A DNA stretch of 26,367 nt from a virus (Duplodnaviria; Caudoviricetes): the IMG/VR virus record IMGVR_UViG_3300042292_000020, positions 1-26,367 of that record; one strand, given 5' to 3'. Below are positions 18,501 to 24,223 of this stretch, piece by piece. Position 1 is the stretch's first letter, and the number at the start of each line of letters is the position of its first letter. Under the pieces are notes generated by a model. The model searched no databases, was not told the DNA's origin, and was given only the letters and a program-made list of their open reading frames with translations. Position numbers and translations under genes: made by a program.

Positions 18501-20961
18501 TTGTTGCACCAGCACCATCAACTGTTAGTCCAGCGCCGTTTGCCGCTGCAGAATCTACAGCACCTTTAGCTACTGTAATATTTAAATCTTCAACATCTAA
18601 TGTCGCTGTATTAAGAGTTGTTACATTACCGTTAACTGTTAAATCACCAGTAACTACAACATTACCACCAACATTTAAGTTTTTAGCAACACCAACGCCG
18701 CCTAATAATACCAATGCTCCAGATGTAGTATTTGTACTTTCTGTTGTTGCACTAATATTTAAATTACCAGTTGTTATTAAGTTATTTTGTACAGTAGTAT
18801 TGCCTGTTGATGCGCCAACGTTAAGTGCAGTAGCAGCACCAAATGCGTTTACTGTTGTTGCTACTGTATTATAAACAGCTTGCGTTGTTTGTGTACCAAC
18901 TAAAGTTGGGTTGTTAATTGTTATTGTACCACTTGTAGCACCTACATCAATTGCAGTAGCAGCTCTAGCAAAGTTAACTGTTGTAGCGGTTGCATCAATT
19001 AAATTAAATGTGCCAGCAGATGTAGTTAAATCACCACCGTTAACTGCTAAATCACCAGCTAATGTAACATCACCAGTTAAACCAAGAGTTCCGCCAACAG
19101 TTGCATTACCAATAATGTTAGTAGTTGCATTGCGGATATTTGCTACGCCAGTAGTTGCACCTAATATCATTGTAGATGCAGCACCAAATGCGTTTACAGT
19201 AGTTGCAGTTGTATTGTAAACATTTTGTGTTGTTTGTGTACCAACTAATTCTGGGTTGTTAATTGTTATTGTACCACTCGTAGCACCCACATCAATTGCA
19301 GTTGCTGCACCAGCAAAATTAACTGTTGTGGCATTTGCATCTATTAAATTAAATGTGCCAGCAGATGTAGTTAAATCACCACCGTTAACTGCTAAATCAT
19401 CTGTTAATGTTGCTACTCCAGTTACAGCTAATGTACCACCAACTGTAGCATTTCCGATAACATTAGTAGTTGCGTTGCGGATATTTGCTACACCAGTAGT
19501 TGCACCAACTATAAGTGTTGTTGCAGCGCCAAATGCATCAACAGTAGTTGCTACGGTATTATAAACAGCTTGCGTTGTTTGTGTACCAACTAATGTTGGG
19601 TTATTAATAGTTAATGTACCTGTTGTAGCACCAAACTCTAAATCAGTTGCAGCTTTAAATGCATCTACAGTAGTTGCGTTTGTATTAAACACTGTAGCAG
19701 TAGCACTTGTAGTAGTAATGTCACCGCCATTAACTGCTAAATCACCAGTTAGTGTTGTGTCACCGCCAACTGTTGCATTACCAATAATGTTAGTAGTTGC
19801 ATTGCGGATATTTGCTACGCCAGTAGTTGCACCAACTATAAGTGTTGTTGCAGCACCTGCAAAGTTCATTGTAGTTGCGGCTGTATTATACAAGTTTTGT
19901 GTTGATTGCGTACCAACTAATGTTGGATTATTAATTGTTGCTGTACCTGATGTTGCACCAACATTTAATGTTGTTGCAGCACCTGCAAAGTTCATAGTAG
20001 TTGCGTTTGTGTTGTATAATGCTTGCGTTGCTTGTTGTCCAACTACAGTTGGGTTGTTAATTGTAAATGTACCTGTTCCTGCGCCAACGTTTGCTGTAGT
20101 TGCTGATGTAAATGCACTTACAGTTGTTGCGTTTTGTGTTAGCAATGATACAGTAGTTTGCGCACCGTCGATTGTAGTTGCATTTGGAACCCATACATTT
20201 GCATTATTAGCAGTAAGTATACCAGTTGCAGCACCAATATTAAGTGCAGTAGCAGCACCTGCAAAGTTCATTGTAGTTGCGTTTGTATTATACAATGCTT
20301 GCGTTGCTTGTTGCCCAACTACTGTCGGGTTGTTAATTGTAAATGTACCTGTTCCGGCACCAACGTTTGCTGTTGTAACTGCTCCGCCGAAGTTTAATGT
20401 AGTTACTGTAGAATTTAATAAATCAAACGTTGCAGTGTTCGCAGTTAATGCGCCGCCACCAATTAATAAATTACCGCTTAATGTACCGTACCATGCGCTA
20501 ATATTACCAGTAACATTTAAATTACCTAGTGTCGACGTAGCAGCTACAGTTAAGTTACCAACTTTTAAGTTAGCATAACCACTGTTGTTAATTGCACCGT
20601 AAGTAGTACCAGTGTCCGATGTGTATGTAAGTTCAAACTGTTTGTTTGATTCTTTCCATATAAATGCTGTAGTAGTTTGGTCGCCACGATTAATCAACAA
20701 ACCGATGTCGTATGAGTTAGTACCACTAAACGCATTGTTCATTACAATCAATGGATCGTTTACGTATGTGTTAGTAGATGCTACTGTTAAGTATGTACTC
20801 GACCCTTGTACTGTCAAGTTACCAGTAATAGTAACATCACTGGTCATTGTTAGGTTGCTGTTAAATAAACTACCTACGATAGATCCCGGAAGAATCTTGG
20901 TGTTAGCAAGGATTGTTGCATCCGTAATCTGATTATTTTTAATTCTGGTTAGGACTGACAT
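15523..20961 (-). CDS. Giant Thr/Ala/Gly/Asn-rich repeat fibre or virion structural protein (1812 aa)
   Basis: Many ATTxNxxGAATxxxxGAxxG repeats; GMVRFN, LTFTEAP..DVIDVR and C-terminal YRSAKY...EVLVIHNG modules typical of large-myovirus structural proteins. Confidence 0.8.
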   Translation of the reverse strand: MSVLTRIKNNQITDATILANTKILPGSIVGSLFNSNLTMTSDVTITGNLTVQGSSTYLTVASTNTYVNDPLIVMNNAFSGTNSYDIGLLINRGDQTTTAFIWKESNKQFELTYTSDTGTTYGAINNSGYANLKVGNLTVAATSTLGNLNVTGNISAWYGTLSGNLLIGGGALTANTATFDLLNSTVTTLNFGGAVTTANVGAGTGTFTINNPTVVGQQATQALYNTNATTMNFAGAATALNIGAATGILTANNANVWVPNATTIDGAQTTVSLLTQNATTVSAFTSATTANVGAGTGTFTINNPTVVGQQATQALYNTNATTMNFAGAATTLNVGATSGTATINNPTLVGTQSTQNLYNTAATTMNFAGAATTLIVGATTGVANIRNATTNIIGNATVGGDTTLTGDLAVNGGDITTTSATATVFNTNATTVDAFKAATDLEFGATTGTLTINNPTLVGTQTTQAVYNTVATTVDAFGAATTLIVGATTGVANIRNATTNVIGNATVGGTLAVTGVATLTDDLAVNGGDLTTSAGTFNLIDANATTVNFAGAATAIDVGATSGTITINNPELVGTQTTQNVYNTTATTVNAFGAASTMILGATTGVANIRNATTNIIGNATVGGTLGLTGDVTLAGDLAVNGGDLTTSAGTFNLIDATATTVNFARAATAIDVGATSGTITINNPTLVGTQTTQAVYNTVATTVNAFGAATALNVGASTGNTTVQNNLITTGNLNISATTESTNTTSGALVLLGGVGVAKNLNVGGNVVVTGDLTVNGNVTTLNTATLDVEDLNITVAKGAVDSAAANGAGLTVDGAGATILYTHATTSWNLNKHLIGTSAQFSTTLGVTGDTTLTANLAVNGGAATTSASTFDLLNATATTVNFAGAATAINAGANSGTITIGNPTLVGTQTTQNVYNTTATTVNAFGAASTMILGATTGVANIRNATTNIIGNATVGGTLGITGDVTLTGDLAVNGGDITTTSATATVFNTNATTVDAFKAATDLEFGATSGTLTINNPTVVGTQTTQALYNTTATTLNLGGAATTIAVGANSGTITIGNPTVVGTQASQDLYNTTATTLNLGGAATALNIGAATGTLTANNANVWVPNATTIGGAQTTVALLNVNATTVNAFGAATALNIGAATGTLTANNANVWVPNATTIDGAQTTVSLLTQNATTVSAFTSATTANIGAGSGTITINNPTLVGQQATQALYNSVATTMNFAGAATALNIGAATGILTANNANVWVPNATTIDGAQTTVSLLTQNATTVSAFTSATTANIGAGSGTITINNPTVVGQQATQALYNTVATTMNFAGAATSVVTGAATGTFNIRNANVYLPNATTIYSGQTTLDIANVNVTTLNVGGSATTFNLGATTGTTNIRNATTNIVGNATISATTAATSTTTGALQVSGGAGFATNIYVANGATINNAQSAENFVVKGKNSTALIYANSNADSVIIGGGHYQGSGGNTTVQGGVTLKIDATDTMLLPVGSTAQRPSNSGNVDVGGMVRFNNSINNLEFFDGSIWQTAGSVFTVISDRQFSDATGNPYGNVNGVNTTFTLQDESTTAATIVSINGVIQIPALAYDVSLDVLTFTEAPALGDVIDVRLLATTSVVSALTSANGLVQFITTNTEAQIYTGASVTTKKFSIDNDGLATFENDVIIKGSLTVLGDTAGNINIGDSSSDHVTVNAQSVTYTNGTKIIYDQTAVTVGTSAVVIDSFAKATYRSAKYVLSISNSGGTEFETTEVLVIHNGTTATRTQYATMYTGAAALGTVSVAVNGANVELSYTGVAAGNAVKLSVSYIKV
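17040..20400 (-). repeat. Intragenic direct-repeat array
   Basis: 92-bp perfect repeat at 17466-17557 and 17616-17707; 72-bp perfect repeat at 18170-18241 and 19178-19249; higher-order periods of 276 and 345 nt. Confidence 0.9.
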
Positions 20962-21067
20962 TTATGGTTTAGCTCCGCATATTATTATAATTATTAGTTT
21001 ATACTACTGTAAACTGAATAGTAGCGGCGGTTCCATATTCCCCTGAGCTGGCACAGTTTGTTATATG

Positions 21068-21074
21068 TATTTAG
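21068..21074 (-). promoter_or_regulatory. T4-late-like promoter box (CTAAATA) followed by a roughly 100-nt leader
   Basis: The only late box found in the gap upstream of ATG 20961. Confidence 0.6.
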
Positions 21075-21107
21075 CTGAGAGAGAAGTTTTTGAGTTTGAC
21101 GGTATGT

Positions 21108-21332
21108 TTAGATTACTGTGATTGCTTTTAGATCATCTAACGTTTCTGCTGTGTCGACTAAGTTAGTGATATTACGAAGTCTTTCTTTTTCAGCTACAAT
21201 AGCAGAAGTATCGGCGCCTGTTTCTAACGCACGTTGAAATGCTATATCTTGTGCAGCTAATAAAGGCACACGCTCTTCACGTAATCGTTCCTTGGTAATT
21301 TCTTGAGCTTTGGCAAAGTTTATTGTAATCAT
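21108..21332 (-). CDS. Tail fibre assembly chaperone-like protein (74 aa)
   Basis: RLREERVPLLAAQD...EKERLRNIT motif; ATG 21332 overlaps the upstream TGA (ATGA). Confidence 0.65.
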   Translation of the reverse strand: MITINFAKAQEITKERLREERVPLLAAQDIAFQRALETGADTSAIVAEKERLRNITNLVDTAETLDDLKAITVI

Positions 21333-21523
21333 GCTGTATACTCCCATGCATCTCTAAATGTTCTATCTGACGGTATGTCTGACTCATCTACAATTTTATA
21401 TTCAGCTCCGGCGGGCACATCCTTAGCTGCTAATTCTTCAATAGTATGTGTGGCCAAATACTCAGCTGTGGGGATTATCACTGCTACTCCGCCATCATCT
21501 TTTTTATATATAATTCTTTTCAT
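21329..21523 (-). CDS. Small fibre-associated protein (assembly-chaperone N-module)
   Basis: IIY..DDGGVAVIIP...KDVPAG...DIPSDRTFRDAW, a motif commonly seen directly after phage fibre genes. Confidence 0.7.
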   Translation of the reverse strand: MKRIIYKKDDGGVAVIIPTAEYLATHTIEELAAKDVPAGAEYKIVDESDIPSDRTFRDAWEYTA

Positions 21524-21529
21524 TTTTGA

Positions 21530-22462
21530 TTATCCTATAATTATTGCTGTTACATACTGGCTGTCTGCAGCGCCACCTGCATCATGAAAAGTAAATATTG
21601 GTTGTGTTGTTGTAGTACTGGCTGTTGCAGAACCACTATTCTCGTTGACCATAAAAGCGGCTTGGCCTCTTCCCGACGGTGATCCACAAGATCCAACACA
21701 GGTATAGGTGTCAGTTGGCATAGCAGTTGTTAAATTAATTACATATCTTCCAGTACCATTATCTGTTATAGAGCTAACATTTTGACTCTCTCTTATAGCA
21801 ACTGCTCCTGTACCATTAAAATTTACAAATGCTCTGATGGCATACGACGGCGCACTACCCGAAGCGGTTGTTAGTTTTGTTGCTGTTGTAGCTGATCCTG
21901 CTGTAGTTGCTGATCCGGCAGTAGATGCTGATCCTGCGCTAGTAGCATAGTCAGCAGTTGATGCTGAGCCAGCAGTAGTTGCTGATCCGGCAGATCCACT
22001 AATATTTACACCAGTTAATGTCTGACTTGCTGATGTACGATTTAATGCTATTGCTGTGGTGCCGACATATAATGTATCTGTTAAATTTGCTTTACTGGCA
22101 ATCGCTCCAGCCTGTACTCCGGCATTAGCTGTCCATGCAGTAGTAACTGCGTCAACATAACCTTTCATTGCTGTATTGGCTGTGGTTATACTTGAACTAG
22201 TAGTTGATATTTGTCCATCAACATAGCCTTTCATGTTAGTGTTAGCTGTAGTAACTGTTGATCCAAGCGCATAACTAGCGGCTGGTGTGCCGCCAAGGAA
22301 GCTGGCATTATTTGCCAGACTAGCAGTTCCTGTAAAATTTGTAGCAGTTACATTACCTGATGTGATATTGCCAGAAACCGTTAGGTTACCCAAGGTACCT
22401 ACAGTGGTAATGTTACCTTGTATATTATGTAGTACGTCTGGTGTTACCTGTGTTAATGCCAT
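21530..22462 (-). CDS. Short tail fibre / receptor-binding protein
   Basis: GNIT/GNLT shaft, TANTxMKGYVD coiled repeats, AGSA(T/S)T repeats, tip domain RAFVNFNGTG...NVSSITDNGTGRYVIN. Confidence 0.75.
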   Translation of the reverse strand: MALTQVTPDVLHNIQGNITTVGTLGNLTVSGNITSGNVTATNFTGTASLANNASFLGGTPAASYALGSTVTTANTNMKGYVDGQISTTSSSITTANTAMKGYVDAVTTAWTANAGVQAGAIASKANLTDTLYVGTTAIALNRTSASQTLTGVNISGSAGSATTAGSASTADYATSAGSASTAGSATTAGSATTATKLTTASGSAPSYAIRAFVNFNGTGAVAIRESQNVSSITDNGTGRYVINLTTAMPTDTYTCVGSCGSPSGRGQAAFMVNENSGSATASTTTTQPIFTFHDAGGAADSQYVTAIIIG

Positions 22463-22474
22463 ATTAGTTCTCTG

Positions 22475-22604
22475 TTATAGTGTATTTACTACTTTTGTTG
22501 GAGATGACCGATTAATAAATTTATTCATCGTTTTTATCCTCTATTAGTTGTATTATTTCTACGCCATTATCATTAAGTAAGTTAAAATGCTCTGATAGTT
22601 TCAT
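22475..22604 (-). pseudogene. Two SD-led micro-ORFs (22521-22604, 27 aa; 22475-22528, 17 aa), probable deletion remnants
   Basis: AGGA...ATG MKLSEHFNLLNDNGVEIIQLIEDKNDE*; GAGGA...ATG MNKFINRSSPTKVVNTL*. Confidence 0.4.
22483..22489 (-). promoter_or_regulatory. T4-late-like promoter box (GTAAATA)
   Basis: About 20 nt before ATG 22462. Confidence 0.5.
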
Positions 22605-22620
22605 AGGTATAACTTCCTAC

Positions 22621-23019
22621 TTAACTACTTGCCGCTGCTTTTGCTTCTTCGGTTATTTTCTTTTCGGCAAGCACGGTATCGTAGTCTAAACCACCTGCAA
22701 TAATTTGTGCTTTTAGTGCTTCTAATACTAACTTAGCTTTATTTTGTTCCACTCTTTCTGTGCGTACTAATGAACGCAATTTATCACGATATTGATATTG
22801 TGCAATTGTTTGAACATCCTCATCACTCATATCCCAAGGTAAATTTTGTGTTTCCATATTAGCATATTGGGCTAAATTGCTTGGCAAAGCATCTTGTGGC
22901 AAACCTGTAAGCATAACAGTATAGTTATCCACATTGATTTGGTAATGGTAAACTTCTTTTTCCCTGTGGTATGCATTTGTTACTAATGTATCTAAATGTT
23001 CGTCTTGTGTTACTACCAT
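22621..23019 (-). CDS. Hypothetical helical protein downstream of the adhesin
   Basis: 132-aa ORF with a strong AGGAG SD. Confidence 0.75.
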   Translation of the reverse strand: MVVTQDEHLDTLVTNAYHREKEVYHYQINVDNYTVMLTGLPQDALPSNLAQYANMETQNLPWDMSDEDVQTIAQYQYRDKLRSLVRTERVEQNKAKLVLEALKAQIIAGGLDYDTVLAEKKITEEAKAAASS

Positions 23020-23044
23020 GATTATTTCTCCTAATTAAAATTTA

Positions 23045-24220
23045 TTAAAGTACATTGTTAAAAGCTACACCACCACCATTGTTAGGTGGAGGTGATGCTG
23101 GATCAGCATATCTAGTACCGAAGCCAGGAGACCAAGGATAGGATACACTAGCTTGGCCAACGGAGCCCGATGCCGCGCACGAAATAACGGTTCCTGCTCT
23201 ATTGAATGCAACAGCATTAACTTGGTTTGATGGATTTGAAACAGGGTCAGCATATTTAGTTCCAAAGCCCGCAGACCAAGGATATGCTTGTACAAATGGT
23301 GAATTATTAGATCCCACTACAATAGCTGTTCCTGCTGGATTAAATGTAACACCATTACCTTGCCCTGCTGGAAGTGTAGCAGGATTAGCATATCTAGAAC
23401 CATAACCAGTAGCGTCAGACCAAGGATATGTTGATATAAATGGTGTATAGCTATGAGCAAATGCAATAGCTGTTCCTGCTGGGTTAAATGCAACGGTAAA
23501 GGGAGTATCTATTAGAGCTGTAGCAGGATTAGCATATCTAGTACCGAAGCCAGAAGACCAAACATAAACTGCTTGAAATGGTGATATGGCATTAGCCACG
23601 GCAAGAACGGTTCCTGCTGGGTTAAATTTACAATTTCGCCCCTGGTTTGCTGGAAGTGTACCAGGATCAGCAAATTTAGTACCAAAGCCCGGAGACCAAG
23701 GATATGCTGATATAAATGGTGTTGAGGTATGAGATACTGCAATAACTGTTCCTGCTGGGTTATATGCAGCATTTGTACCGAACCCTGTTGGAAGTGTAGC
23801 GGGATTCGCATATTTAGTTCCAAAGCCCGCAGACCAAGGATATGCCGTTACAAATGGGGTTACTCCATGAGATACTGCAAGAGCTGTTCCTGCTGGGTTA
23901 AAACTAAGCCCAATCCCTTGTCCTGTTGGAAGTGTACCAGGATTAGCATATCTAGTGCCATAACCAGTAGAAGCAGAAAAAGGATATGCTACTACAAAGG
24001 GGGTGGCAGAAGCCGTCACTGCAAGATCAGGAACCGTGCTACTCTTACCCCAAAAGTTAGTAGGCATTATAATTGCACCACTAGCAACACCTGCAAGTGT
24101 CCGCACATTAGTGTCATTCAATGATATTTGAGCATTAAAGGCCTGCCCTAATTCCAAGTTGATAGATTGACCTACAATTATATTACCTAAACTAATTGGA
24201 CCTGATACGTTAAGTGGCAT
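23045..24220 (-). CDS. Fibre-tip adhesin: N-terminal attachment module plus 7-bladed beta-propeller
   Basis: N-terminal SGPISL...INLELG...ISLND..VRTLAGV.SG.I...FWGKS; seven repeats of about 46 aa (FNPAGT...PF..AYPWS.GFGT.YA.P); follows the S74 fibre. Confidence 0.75.
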   Translation of the reverse strand: MPLNVSGPISLGNIIVGQSINLELGQAFNAQISLNDTNVRTLAGVASGAIIMPTNFWGKSSTVPDLAVTASATPFVVAYPFSASTGYGTRYANPGTLPTGQGIGLSFNPAGTALAVSHGVTPFVTAYPWSAGFGTKYANPATLPTGFGTNAAYNPAGTVIAVSHTSTPFISAYPWSPGFGTKFADPGTLPANQGRNCKFNPAGTVLAVANAISPFQAVYVWSSGFGTRYANPATALIDTPFTVAFNPAGTAIAFAHSYTPFISTYPWSDATGYGSRYANPATLPAGQGNGVTFNPAGTAIVVGSNNSPFVQAYPWSAGFGTKYADPVSNPSNQVNAVAFNRAGTVISCAASGSVGQASVSYPWSPGFGTRYADPASPPPNNGGGVAFNNVL

Positions 24221-24223
24221 ATA

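Noticed and set aside
15623-20932. Long plus-strand Val/Ala/Pro-rich ORFs opposite the fibre gene (also opposite the sheath and other genes)
   Set aside because: Antisense shadows of Thr/Ala/Gly-biased codons; no SD or promoter support, and they mirror the sense-strand repeats
21530-22462. N-X-S/T sequon excess (13 of 22 Asn by hand count) suggesting N-glycosylation
   Set aside because: Explained by G-N-hydrophobic-T beta-shaft repeats; not clearly enriched in the S74 fibre, and no N-glycosyltransferase is visible here
17040-24000. Repeats as a CRISPR array or DGR template/variable repeat pair
   Set aside because: Repeats are in-frame coding units without unique spacers; no adenine-specific mismatch pattern noticed and no reverse transcriptase or cas gene in the window
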